From contig NC_086106.1 of assembly GCF_963921235.1 (NCBI RefSeq), positions 24,614,001 through 24,678,000 on the forward strand: a DNA stretch of 64,000 nucleotides. Reading direction: 5' to 3'. Both the position numbers and the translations under genes were made by a program. Of this stretch, positions 37,592 through 51,275 are shown piece by piece (the stretch's first letter is position 1; each line of letters opens with the position of its first letter). The notes beneath the pieces are model-generated. The model was not told the origin of the DNA, did not search any database, and saw nothing but the letters and a program-made list of their open reading frames with translations. Source of the DNA: Mobula hypostoma (Eukaryota).

Positions 37592-39431
37592 AACAACAAC
37601 AAGTTCCACTTTGTAGATCGAACCGCATGATTGCCATAACAGTTTGCTCAGAATTTAACTTGAAGACATTTTCCAGCTGATCGATAAATTTTTCAATTAA
37701 AAAAAAAACATAGAAAGAGCAGAGGAAGAAATGTAAATGTAAATGAAATAATTCATTCTAAACCGAGGAAAAATAATCACTTCCTGATTGGATTGAATTG
37801 AATTCGATATGAAATTTCTTATTTCATTTGTAACTCTGCCATTTACTGCTACAGACTTCCCACCCACCCCCACCGCCGCTTGTTCTTTGTCATCGTTAAA
37901 AAACAGATGAAGGAAGACTGGCACTCTTTAACCTTATCCAAATATTAATCATTTTTTCCCTGATTTTGTGGGTTCTTGAGATAGAATGATTCGTCAAAAG
38001 ATAAAATTAAATAGTCGCAAAGCACACAGGTATTTCCTTCATAAGTTCTTTATTTCTCATTTTCTAGATCTGTCTGAGTATATTCCCTGCCTGGGAGGAC
38101 ATATGACACCCGTGTAGTAAAATTGGGCCGACATTATCCTTCGTTATAGGAGCGAAAACAACAAATATTACTGACAACACATTCTTACAAGGCCTTCTAA
38201 TATTAGATTAATTTCGGTATATTTGCTAATCCTCTGTTTATTCTTCAGGGATCTTTAACAATTATTTTTAATACTCGGGACTCAGTTGCACTCTGGTCAC
38301 TCACTCTGCATATTAGATTGGTTCGTCATAGATTGGAACCGATTATCAGGTATATGAAGAATAGCATGAAGTCTTCTTCGCACTGCACAGATGCTGTCTA
38401 ATCTTGTGGATGTTGGTTTCGCGTTCTTTTTCATTTGTGAAATTGCGGACCCGGTATGTTGTTTTCCAGAGGTTTACATTAAAGTGTACAGTGCTACGAT
38501 CTTTAAACGTGTTGTATTAACCGTGACCATGAAATGCCCTGGAACGTGATCCTATTTACTGATTAACAAACTCTTACCACATTACAGTAAAAACTGAAAT
38601 TGGCTCTTGCGTCCGCTTTCACAGTGGTGTCTGATAAAGTCCATGATATTTACTGAGCATTTAATGCCTTTCACAACTTTCACATAGGCAGCTGCAGAAG
38701 TAACGGAAGGACATGGACATCAAACCGCTTCATACTACACCAGGTGCCGATGCATTAGACTGAGTTACTGAACAAATTACTCTTATTCCCACGATAGGAA
38801 GTGCAATATGTGTAATGTGAAACTAAAGTAGCCTGCAACATCACATATTACAATGAATAAATAAGCTCGTGGCAATCACTCTCAGATATATCATATCGTC
38901 ACCTAATATGACCTAATTCCCTTATATACATATGGTCATTTGTGTTAAAACCCAGTGGACTGGTTCCAATAACGTTCAGAGACTCTGTTCCCAGCTGAGC
39001 TCTCCTTGTGCGTTTCACACTCTTTGCAGTAGTTTGCGATGTATAAATGCACGCAGAAGTTGTGAGAAGATTCATCCCTGTTCGCTCAATTTCATCTCCG
39101 TACGGAATTACAACGCGGCGTTTATCAGATGCCTCAGAAGATAGGTGCGCAACAAACTCATTTGAATTAGGCTGGATATTTGTTGATTAATCTCAGCATT
39201 CTGGGAACGGAGATATTGTTTTAGATTCTCTTATATATATTTAGGTAAATGCGTCGATCCTTTATATCCATCAGTTTGATCAACGGGAGTTTTCAGACCC
39301 GGTTTACGAGAGAAAACTGGTTGATCAAATGCGAGAGTTTTGCTTGTCTGTAGTCAATGAGGTAAATTGCTTATTTTCATTTCAGATGGCAATTATAAAA
39401 AACGGAATAGAGAACGAATAAATTAAGAATT

Positions 39432-39446
39432 GATGCCACCTGGTGG
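39432..39446 (-). promoter_or_regulatory. CTCF-type motif upstream of V3
   Basis: Minus strand CCACCAGGTGGCATC. Confidence 0.7.
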
Positions 39447-39860
39447 AATATAGCTTATTTGTTCCTGGCGATGTTAGACGAAACTCAGTGTCTCCTTCAT
39501 ATCGTAACAGCCCATGCACAATCAATCACCACTTCCAGCCGCGAAATTAATTGTTAAGTTATTCAGAGGAAAGTTACTTTCCTAGACTGCATATGAACAA
39601 ATCAAAATATCGTGCGCCGTGCTGTTTGCTCATTTCTGCTTTTCCGATCAATTCTGTCGTCTCCACGTTCTGCCAGAAATCTACGTCATCGAAGAGTAAA
39701 GATTGCTATTTCATCGTTTGCAGCAGCCAGGCTTCGTTACCGTCCGATCTATTCTGCTCGCAGCCTCTGCCTCGATGAGCAATCGCAATTTGTTGACAGT
39801 CTGCTCAACAAGAATTGCTGGCTGCCCCGCATTCTTCGCCTTTGAGCGGCGCTGCACTGT

Positions 39861-40061
39861 TGACGTCAGCTCACAAGGGATTTGATATGTTTGTTCTGCA
39901 CTTCTGCCATCGCCCCGCACAATTTCATTTCCTGCATTGCGTCTGAACGGCACTTTTTATTGTGTTTTAGAGACTCAACTCCGTGCGTTGCCTGTTGTGA
40001 TTGGTCGCTTTGGCCAAGGTATGTGTTTTTATTCTCTGGCAAGGAGTCTCCACTCTGTGGT
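39861..40061 (+). promoter_or_regulatory. V3 proximal promoter: CRE, ETS core, CCAAT, RUNX
   Basis: TGACGTCA 39861-39868, TGATTGGTC 39998-40006, TGTGGT 40056-40061. Confidence 0.6.
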
Positions 40062-40091
40062 CACAAGAGTACAGACTCAAACAGAGTGAAT

Positions 40092-40566
40092 ATGAAGAAC
40101 TGACTCACTCTGCTCCTCATTACTGCGTTTCTTCTGGGTAAGATGTTCCCTCACTGTAATACTCCGCAGATGCCTCATTCCCCGTAAACACGTTTTATTT
40201 ACTATTTACGTAACCATATTGTTCGAAGTAGAGCTTATGATCTATGATTTATTTTACTGTTAGACTGGAGCCTTCAAGACTCAGTGGAACAGTCAGTGGA
40301 TGCTATTACGATCGAAGAAGAAAGGGATGTTACACTAAACTGCACTTTACAAACAAGTGATGCATTCCCGAATGGTTTCTGGTACAGGCAGCGCCCCAGA
40401 CAGCAACCAGAGTATCTGTTTCGGATCATCACAGGGAAAGTAGAACGAAATAAAGATGTCACCGAACGATTATCCGTTGCCTATAATAAGAGTGAAAAAT
40501 ATACCGAACTCTCGATTAAGAACGCCACAATCTCTGACTCGGCCACGTACCTCTGCGCGATGAGCA
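40092..40566 (+). pseudogene. TCR V segment V3: intact V exon (40264-40566), nonsense codon in leader exon (40092-40137)
   Basis: ATG AAG AAC TGA (V2 has TGT). Splice sites, 303-nt V exon and RSS are intact. No downstream in-frame ATG before the terminal CAMS. Confidence 0.88.
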
Positions 40567-40605
40567 CACAGTGCTGTAAACACTCAACTATCTCGAACAA
40601 AAACC
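40567..40605 (+). other. 23-RSS of V3
   Basis: CACAGTG, 23 nt, ACAAAAACC (40597-40605). Confidence 0.97.
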
Positions 40606-41029
40606 CACTTTCATAATTTCCTTTAGATATCGATAGAGGGCGAACAAACCAAGGGGAACACAGATGCCTCTTTAACCATGTGAGCAATTGCTTTCGCATA
40701 GTTATTGTTTCGGACTTTCTCTGTCAGTATGGTTAAAATGAGAAAAAAAACTCTCCAGATATTTCTGATACCATCGATTTTATGATAATTCAAAAACGCT
40801 TGCATTCTAACCGATGATGAAGGGCAACCCAGTACAGCCCGAGGACCATACCTTGCATGCCACTTTTGCAAAATCAGAGCATTCCTTTTTGATCAGTGTG
40901 GTTTGTGAGTCATTTATCAAAATCTGCAGAAAACGTCCTGTGGGGCGTGGCAACATCATACCCTGCTGAGGGAACACAGGGAAGAAGAAGCCGATCTGGT
41001 TTTATTCGTTTATTTCTGAGTCTGTACCT

Positions 41030-43170
41030 TAGAAAATAGGTGCGTGACTAATTCATCTAAATTAGGTAGGAATTACGCTGATTAATCTCACAATTGTGTG
41101 AAAAGGAGATATTGTTATTCCATCCTGAAATATATATCTGCGTATATCTATCGATCCTTGATGTGCATCTGATTGATGTTGAACAACTTGATCATTGGGA
41201 ATTTTCAAACCAGATTTATAAGAAAAAAGAGCACTTCATAAGCTGCGAAAGGTTTTTCTGTCATCCGTTACAGAGATATATTCCTCATTTTTAGTTCACA
41301 TGACAATTATGAAAGAGAGAAACGTTTGGACGGCCTGGAAATTTCTGCGAAAATCGAAGAATGAGCAGTCGCTGTAAGCGGATTACTTATGCTTTGCTGC
41401 CATCTGGTGGAATATACCATCTTGATTTCTGGCGAAACTGCATGAAACTCAGGAACTCCTTCACGTCCCAGCAGCCTATAAACAAGCAATCACAACGTCC
41501 ATCCGCCGAATTAATTGGTAAGTTATTCAGCGAAAAGTTACTGGTATAGACTGCATATGAACAGGTCAAATACCCTTGCTCATATCTGCTTTTCAGATCA
41601 ACTCCTGAATCGCTACGCTTTGCCAGAAATCCACGTCAGTCAAGATTAAAGACTGTTGTTTCATCTTATGCTGCAAGCACGGTTCGCTACCCTACCATTT
41701 ATTCTGATCGCACCCTCTGCCTCGATGAGCAAGCGCAATTTATTGACGGTCTTCTCCAATAATGTTGACGTCTGCCCCGCATCACTTCACCTTTGAGTGG
41801 CGCTTTCACAGATTGCTCAGGAGCTCGATAGAGGGCGATCAAATCAAACCGAACGTAAAAGCCAACTGAGGTCCAGAGGCTTCGTCCAATATTTCTCTCC
41901 CCAGAGAAGTATTGGCTTGACATTTCGATTGGATGCTTTCCCCTCGAATGGCTGTAACTGTGATCAAAACCATTAACCTTCAATGATTCCTCTGTGTTAA
42001 CTAATTTCTCTGAATATTCCCTTTTCGCATCTGAAGCTTCCACCATCATCATTACGGATACATTAATCCTTTTAAGGGTTATTTTAACAGGGAAAGTGAT
42101 TAAATTTTGAGACAAAAATAGCACATGTAGCAAGTAACATATTTCAAAGCGCTGTAGAAGGTTTCATGTGGCTTTTGATTTCAGTCAGAGATTTAATCAC
42201 ACTTTGGTGAATTGTTGTGCTGTATGTCGTTGATTTTATTAACGCACGAGGGCTTACGTATTTAAACGCCAGCGTCAGATTGTTTCAGACATAAGCAAAT
42301 AAAATACTGTTCATTATTTATGCAGAATATTAGTAACTTCCTTAATTTTCTATCACGGCAGATCAATTTGCATCCCATTTCTGCAGTATTTGGTTTACCG
42401 AATTAGCAGATGCTTCTCACAGTCTTACTCCTCCAGTCCCATCATTACTGAGATAGATTTTCAAATTCCCACACTTACCTAAGTTCACCACACTGCGCAG
42501 ATTTGACCGTTTTAACGGTTGCGCTCATACCGCATTGTGTTACATATCGTCGAAGCATTATTATTGACTAAATATCTAGTGTGTCCATATGCAATTGATC
42601 CACGCATTTGATACCAGGACGTGTAAAGGGATATTCATTTGTCGCATTTCGCTTCTCTCAGTGTACTACTCCGATTGCAATATAAGACACAAAGTGAAAC
42701 CCATGAACTATCGCTTAACGAAGAGCAATAATATTCTATTAGATTCGGCTACAGTTTAATTTACCAAAGAGATCTCTTTAAAATACGAATATGTGAATGT
42801 TGCTATTGGTGAGATATGAGTGACGTGTTTGATAGAAGCAACATTGCGATCGATTTATAATGTATAAATTATATTTCGGTTTCTTGCAACAGTTGGTTTT
42901 GGAATGAGAGAAATTATTCGTAGAGATTAAACAATATGAGCTACCGGTTCGATAGTTTGGCTGTTTCGTGATCAAACATACCAATAGGCCGGGATTAAGA
43001 AGCAATATGCTAAAGATGACATATGCTACTTCTCCGACCATCCATGCTCTAATTTAATATAGATATTCTGGAGGCTACCGGCCAGCGATTATACTGCGAG
43101 CATATGGATTGATAATTACTGGTTGAAATCAGGCACCACTATAATAATCACTGCATTTAATAGATAGTGG
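41030..43170 (+). other. Empty V cassette 2
   Basis: Same junction TTTGAGTGGCGCT|TTCACAGA at about 41804. Confidence 0.85.
41396..41410 (-). promoter_or_regulatory. CTCF-type motif of empty cassette 2
   Basis: Minus strand CCACCAGATGGCAGC. Confidence 0.65.
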
Positions 43171-44770
43171 AGTCTGCAATGGGGATAAACAACAAAATGA
43201 TATGTCCGAATAATTTCCATTGTCAGCATATGGCAGTTATTCCGTACCAGTTCAAAAAAAGGAGAGTCCATTGTGACAGCACAAGGCAGTCATCCAGTAA
43301 ATATGTGGCCGTAATGTGCATTCATCTTATATTTTGGAACAGCAGGGAAGGAATATATTATAATTGGATACTTAAGGGAATTTCAACCATCCATTCCTAC
43401 TGGATGATAAGGCAACATTTTAATTCGTAAGTTTTTATACTCCCTGGTTATTAAAGAGCAGCAACAACAACAACACCAGTACAATGAATGTTTCGGCATT
43501 TCTCAGTCCTGTTATATGGTTAAAATAAGGAGACACATGCCAGATACTTATGATGCCACACATTTTATGGTCATTCAAAATCGCTTACATTCTAGCTGAT
43601 GATGAACGGCACCCAGAACAGCCCAAGCCGCATACCTCGCCTGTCACTGTTCCCAAAATCCGAGACCTCCTTTTTGATCTCCGCGGCGTGGGAGTCATTT
43701 ATCAAAATCTGCGGGAAACGTCCGGCGGGATGCTATAGCATCATATCCTGCTGAACCAACACAGGACAAAAGAGGTCGATCTGGTATTATTTGTTGATTT
43801 CTGAAGCCGTACCTCAGAAAATGAGTGCGTAACTACTTCCTGCCAATTAGCCGGGAATTACGCTGACTAATCTCAGCATTCTACGAAATGAGATTTGTAT
43901 TTTCATCCTGACATATATATCTCCGTGTATCTATCGATCCTTAATATACGTCCGTTTGATGTTGAACAACTTGATCATTGCAAATTATCAACCCAGGTTT
44001 ACCAGAAAAAGTGCACATCATCAGATACGAGAGATTTGTTTGTCCTCAGTTATAGTTATAATTGCTTATTTTCAGTTCACATGACAATTTTTAAAGAGAG
44101 AACCGTTGTGAACACCCACCAGGCGTGGAAGCTTCTGCGAAAATCGAAGAATAAGCAGTCCCAGTGAGCGAATTAGTAATGCATTGCTGCTATCTTGTGG
44201 AATATAATCTCTTCATTTCTGGCGATGTTACATGAAACGCAGGACCTCCTTCACGTCTCAACAGCGTATGTGGCAAACTCCGGTTGCCTGTTCGGATAAT
44301 CGCGGAGACAAACTAAATTAAAGGAACTACAGCAACAGTGATAATATGTAATTTTTGTCCACGTAAGCGATTATTTTTGCAGTGTTAATGATTAGTTATT
44401 GCCCAGTCCGGTTATATAGCTAAAGTTAGAAAAAAAAATACCATTCCGATGTGTTACCGCATCGAATCAGCAGAATTCATCATAATGCATGGGACAGCAC
44501 AACTTACATGTCCCAAACAACATAATATTTGTCATTTTCCAAAAAAATGTTGAACCAAATCCCTTATGCGTCAATTTATTCACATCAAAAGCACAGTATG
44601 AGACCGGCGTTCAAACAAATCATGATTTGAAATTCAGTCGAAAAAGCTGTTGAATCAGAATATGATGATATGTGACATGCTATAACACAAGGCGCGGTGC
44701 ACTACACTTACCAATGCCATAAGTTCGAGAACGTCAGAGTTTGAACACATTATTTGTTTAGAAGTATCCT

Positions 44771-46575
44771 CATAGAAACATAGAAACATAGAAAATAGGT
44801 GCAGGAGTAGGCCATTCGGCCCCTCGAGCCTGCACCGCCATTTATTATGATCATGGCTGATCAGCCAACTCAGAACCCTGCACCAGCCTTCCCTCCATAC
44901 CCCCTGATCCCCGTAGCCACAAGGGCCATACCTAACTCCCTCTTAAACATAGCCAATGAACTGGCCTCAACTGTTCCCAGTGGCAGAGAATACCACAGAT
45001 TCACCACTCTCTGTGTGAAGAAGTTTTTCCCAATGTCAGTCCTAAAAGGCTTCCCACTTATCCGCAAACTGTGACCCATCGTTCTGGACTTCCCCAAAAT
45101 CGGGAACAATCTTCCTGCATCTAGCCTGTCCAATCCCTTTAGGATTTTATACGTTTCAGTCAGATCCGCCCTCAATCTTCTAAAGTCCAACGAGTACAAG
45201 CCCAGTTCATCCAGTCATTTTTCATATGAAAGTTCTGCCATCCCAGGAATCAATCTGGTGAACCTACTTTGAACTCCCTCTATGGCAAGGAAGTCTTTCC
45301 TCAGATTAGGGGACCAAAACTGCACACAATACTCCAGGTGTGGTCTCACTAAGGCCTTGTACAGCTGCAGTAGTACCTCCCTGCTCCTGTACGCGAATCC
45401 TCTCGCTATAAATGCCAGTATACCATTCGTCTTTTTCACCGCCTGCTGTACCAGCATGCCCACTTTCAATGACTGATGGATAATGACACCCAGGTCTCGT
45501 TGCACCTCCCCTTTTCCTAATCGGCCACCATTCAGATAATAATCTGTTTTCCTATTTTTGCCACCAAAGTGGATAACTTCACATTTATCCACATTAAATT
45601 GCACATGCCATGAATTTGCCCACTCACCCAACCTATCCAAGTCACCCTGCATCCTCTTAGCATCCTCCTCACAGCTAACACTACCGCCCAGCTTCGGGTC
45701 ATCCACAAACTTGGAGATGCTGCATTTAATTCCCTCATCCAAGTCAGTAATATATATTGTAAACAACTGGGGTCCCAGCACTGAGCCTTGCGGTACCCCA
45801 GTAGTCACTGCCTGCCATTCTGAAAAGGTCCCTTTTATTCCCACTCTTTGCTTCCTGTCTGCTAACCAATTCTCTATCCACATCAATACCTTACCCCCAA
45901 TACCGTGTGCTTTAACTTTGCACACTAATCTCCTGTGTGGGACCTTGTCAAAAGCCTTTTGAAAATTCAAATATACCACATTCACTGGTTCTCCCGTATC
46001 CACTCTACTAGTTACATCCTCAAAAAATTCTATGAGATTCGTCAGACATGATTTTCCTTTCACAAATCCATGCTGACTTTGTCCGATGATTTCACCGCTT
46101 TCCAAATGTGCTGTTATCACATCTTTGATAACTGACTCCAGCAGTTTCCCCACCACCGTCGTTAGGCTAACTGGTCTATAATTCCCCGGTTTCTCTCTCC
46201 CTCCTTTTTTAAAAAGTGGGGTTGCATTAGCCACCCTCCAATCCTCAGGAACTAGTCCAGAATAAAACGAGTTTTGAAAAATTATCACTAATGCATCCAT
46301 TATTTCTTGTGCTACTTCCTTAAGCACTCTGGGATGCAGACCATCTGGCCCTTGGGATTTATCTGCCTTTAATCCCTTCAATTTACCTAACACCACTTCC
46401 CTACTAACATGTATTTCGCTCAGTTCCTCCATCTCACTGGACCCTCTGTCCCCTACTATTTCTGGAAGATTATTTATGTCCTCCTTAGTGAAGACAGAAC
46501 CAAAGTAATTATTCGATTGTTCTTCCATGTCCTTGCTCCCCATAATCAATTCACCTGTTTCTGTCTGTAGGGGAC
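44771..46575 (-). mobile_element. Young 5'-truncated CR1 LINE
   Basis: 444-aa open RT frame (PGNYRPVSLT...LNFQKAFDKVPH...GVPQGSVLGP...SKFVDD) that continues in the same frame after a single TGA. (CATAGAAA)n tail at 44771-44793. Confidence 0.95.
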
Positions 46576-46652
46576 CTTTTTATTTTTATATATATTAAGT
46601 AACCATGTTGTTTGAAGTAAAGCTTATTATCTATTATTTATTTTACTGTTAG

Positions 46653-46959
46653 ACTGAAACCTTCAAGACTTAGTGGAGCAGTCAGTGGATGCAATGACGT
46701 TCGGAGAAGAAAGTAATATTACTCTAAACTGTACTTTGCAAACACGCATTGTAATGCTGAACGTTTTCTGGTACAGGCAGCGCACCGGACAACGACAACA
46801 GTACTTGATTCTGATTATCGCGGGGACAGAATACCCAAATGAAGATATAACCAAACGATTATTTGCTTCCTGCGATAAATGTAAAAATAATAGCGAACTA
46901 TTGATTAACAACGCCATCAGCACTGACTCAGCCACGTGCGTACGTGCGATTGATTAGCA
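46653..46959 (+). pseudogene. TCR V pseudogene V4 (no leader or promoter)
   Basis: Acceptor AG intact. Second codon TGG>TGA, loss of the second Cys (DSATCVRAID*), and a 307-nt exon (4-nt insertion). A CR1 stands where the leader should be. Confidence 0.9.
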
Positions 46960-46998
46960 CACGGTGCTGAATAAACTCAATTATCGAGAACAAAAATC
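46960..46998 (+). other. 23-RSS of V4 (variant)
   Basis: CACGGTG, 23 nt, ACAAAAATC. Confidence 0.85.
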
Positions 46999-49900
46999 CT
47001 CTTTCACAATTTCCTCGAGAGCTCGATGGAAGGCCACCAAATCAAGGTGAACGTATATGCTAAAGGAAAGTGAATCCAATGTTTTCATACAATGCCGTAG
47101 TCAGTTACTGTTACCAGTAACGCATCCCAGCAGCTGCTGACGTGGAAGTTTTTGATCATCGATGACTATAACTGTGAACAAAAAACAGTTCATTGTAATT
47201 GATTACTCCGTGTTACTTAATTTATCTGCATATTCACCATTCACATCTGCAACGGTAAAAGCATCTGTACGGATACATTAATCATTGTGAGGGCTGCCTT
47301 GAAATAGAAAAGGACCAAGCTTTGGCACATAAACCGAACATATCCCAATCAACAATATACTTTAAAATGCAGAAGAATCCATCGCTTAGGGAATCACTCA
47401 GAAGAAATCATATGGCTTTTTTTATTTCTATCAAAGGTTTGATTGCAGTTTGCAGGATTGTTGAACTGACTGTCGTTGATTTTTATCACCACATGAGATT
47501 CCTACCTTTCAGCCCCAGCGTCAGATTGTTTCCAATATAAATAAACACAGTGTAATTGAATTCTCCTATTTTTTTTTTCAAAATTTATAACTAGTGGAGA
47601 TTCCGTGTCACGACCATTGTGTTTACCGACAGTATTAAATTGGCGGTTATTCAAATCAGATAAAAGTCGCAATATATTTGGATTGACCACATCTCCAAGT
47701 CAAGGCATTGTACAATTGGCAATATGAATGGCGTTGAAACAATGCGTCTTGACTGAGTGGAGCATTGTAATTGTGTTCGCAACACTGACCGCAAGAGTCT
47801 CAAAACCAATTAACATTCAAGGTTTAGATTGTGGTATGGCTAACAAGATTATTGAAGAAATCACGGCTCTTATAAACTGAAATCGCTCCACTGCATATGG
47901 ACGATCATTGCCATTAATATCTCAGTTGAAAGTAAAGTGCATATTCACATTTCATGACATGTCATCTGTTCTGTCCTAAAATCGTTCCAGCTGTCTATTG
48001 TTGTTCAATTGGCGATCTTACCCTCTAATGAGAAGACACTGTACTGGATTTTCGATGAATTCCGTAATTCATCTTCGTCCAGAAGATGGTCCTGTTCCTG
48101 TACTCTCAATTTGTCTAAATTTCGTGACATGATTAATAAATTACATTTAACCTGAATCAAGTATATTCTGCTGGAAAGCTGTATTTTGGGCACGGGGAAT
48201 ATAAACCACTATGCAATATAAAGGTCTTCATTCCAATGCTGGAATTAAAGACTAAAGACTTAGCTTTTCCTCATTGTTCAAAATTTAAAACAAAACTTGA
48301 TTATTTAATCAGAATGTTAATAACTTTCTTAAATTTCTATCACGTCAGTTCAATTTGCATTCCATGTCTGCAGTGTTTGACTCAGCGAATTAGCAGATGC
48401 TTCTCACAGTCTTCCTCCTCCTCCAGTCCTGTCATTACTGAGATCGATTTTCAAATTATCGCCCTTATATAAGTTCACTATACGGTGCGGGTCTGACCCT
48501 TGCAACGGTTGTGCTCACACTGCACTTGTGTTACATCTCGTCGAAGTGTTGTTATTGACTATTTAGTGTCTATATGCAATTAATCCACGCAGCAAGGCAC
48601 GGGAAGGTGAAAAGGGACATGTTTTTTTTTTGTTTGTTTGTTTTCATTTCACTTCCCTCAGCGTATTACTCCTACTGTAAAATAAGGCATAAAGTGTAAC
48701 CTCATGAACTGCAGCTTTACTAAGTGCAATACATATTCTGTTCAAGTCGACAACAATTTAATTTACTGAAGATATCGAGACTACCCTTGAAGTACGATGA
48801 TGTGAATGTTACTATTGCTGAGATAACAGTGACGTATTAAATTGAAGCAATAATGCCGATCGAATTATAGTGTATATATATTGTAGATTTCGACTCGGTG
48901 CAACAGTCGGTCGTTGAAATGACAGAAATTATTCAGATAGATTATATAATATGAGCTACCGGTTCCATAGTTTGGCTACTTCGTGAAAAACATACCAATA
49001 GGCCGGTATTAAGAAGCAATGTGCTAAAGATGGCATCTGCTACTTCTCCGAGCATCCATGCTCTAATTCAATATAGAATTCAGGAGGTTAACGGGGCACG
49101 GATTATACTCTGAACATATGGGTTTATAATTATTGAGTGAAATCAGACACTACGACAATAACCACTCCATTTAATAGGTGGTGGAGTCTACGGTGGGTTA
49201 ACCAACAGAATGAAACGTCCGAATAATTTCCATTGTCAATTACTGGCGGTTAAGTAGTACCAGTTCAAATACGGACAGCCCATTGTGACACCATAAGTCA
49301 ATTTTCAGAAATGGCTGATTTTCTTCATCGCGCGATGTTTTTGTAGTTAGCTTCTCTGGTGTTTACAAGGTGTTAAGTGTGAATCCACTAACTATGTGGT
49401 CGAAATGTTCATGCACTTCATATTTGGAACAGCAGATAAGGAAAATCATTATTATTTTATCGAAGGCAACAACTTATATGTTAAAAGCCAGAGGAGCAAT
49501 TAAAAAAAAAGTTCAGAGGCTCTGTTCCCTCTTTCGCGCCCCATGTGATTTTACTGCGACCGCAGTCAGTTACTACTACTTCTCAACACATGGAATATAT
49601 CAGCAAACCGACCAATAGTGAATTACACCGGATGATCATATCCGCTGGTAGTTGTCTCCACAGGGTAAACGCTGGTTGGGTGTTTGGATAATCGCGGAGA
49701 AAAAACAAAAGAAATGAAACGAAAAAAAAAAAATATATATATATATATATCACCGCTGCAGGTGGAGCATGATCTAATAAGATTCCTCTTTATCCATGTG
49801 AACAATTACTTTTTCATGATTATTGTTTCGGCATTTCTTATTCCGGTTATATGTTTGAAATGAGAACAGAAAAAAAAACACACTCCAGCTACTTCTGATA

Positions 49901-51275
49901 CCACACATTTTATGATAAGTCAAAATCTGCGTAGATCTGTCGATCCTTAATAAACATCAGTTTGATGTTGAACAGCTTGATCATAAGGAATTTTCAACCC
50001 AGATTTATCAGTGAAATAGCACTTCATCATATGCGACAGATTTGTTTGTCATCAGTTAAAAGAGATAAATTGCTTATTTTCAGTTCACATGACCATATTA
50101 AAAGAGAGAAACTTTAGGAGCGCTGAACAGGATTTGAAGCTTCAGCGAAGATCGAAGAATGAACAATCCCGGTAATTACCTATGCTTTGCTGCCATCTGA
50201 TGGAATATATCTTCATGATCTTTGGTGGTGTTACATGGAACTCAGGACCTCCTTCACGTCTCAATAGCCTATATGGCAAAGTTCGGTTTTCAGTTCGAAT
50301 AATGGCGAAGACAAAATAAATTAAAGTAAATACAGCTACAGTGATGGTGTCATTTTTGTCCATGTGAGCAATTACTTTTGCAGTATTATTGATTAGGCAT
50401 TGCCCAGGCCGGTTATATGGAGAAAACGAGAAAAAAAATCTTTCCGTGATGTCACTGCATCGATTCAGCAGAATTAATTATAAAGAACGGCACAGGACAA
50501 CTCACATGTCCCGCACAACATATTATTGTTCACTTTATAAGAACAGGTTGACCCCATTCCCTTTTACGTCGGTTTATTCACATCACATGCACGGCATGTG
50601 ATCGGCATTGAATCAGAACATGATTCAAAATTCTGGTGAACTGAACTTACCAACACCATGTTTTCCAGAAAGTCAGTTTCTTTGTTTTCATTTTCAATAT
50701 GGTTATTGATTTCTATTTTGAAGAATCCAGAGACCAGGGGAATACATATCATAAAACAAAAGAAAAAATATAATAATACCAGGTACAATATATTGAATCA
50801 CATTAACGAAGTCCTTACTCCATATTCACATGATTAGACTAATTCGTATATTAGAATATAAACAATTCTATTAAAAAAAAGTTCTATACCCACGAATAAA
50901 GTCGATGCTGTTTGGTGAAAAAGAAGAAGAAGAAAAAAAAACCCTTATCAGATAATAGGATTAGTTACTATTAGTTTCTATTAACCAACTTCTGTACTTC
51001 AACGAGATGTCAAAGATAATGAAAGTAATTTAAAAACTGCTCCCACAAATCTAGAAAATTTTGGTTCGATTCAGAAATTAACAACAAACCTTTTTTTTCT
51101 AAATTTAGGCATGCCATAACATCCCGTAACCACTGAGCATGATTAGGCGTGACAGAATAATTCCATGTAAACGAAAGCGCCCTCCTAGCCATAAGAGAGA
51201 TAAAAAGCCAGAATGTGCAAATTAGACGTCTTCAAAATGACATATTTCCATCCAGCAATACCAAATAGAGCAGTC

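Noticed and set aside
46653-46998. Leaderless V4 with extra Cys as a NARTCR 'supporting V-delta'
   Set aside because: Leader loss coincides with a CR1 insertion, the exon has an early stop and lacks the second Cys, and no NAR V-D-J cassette lies upstream.
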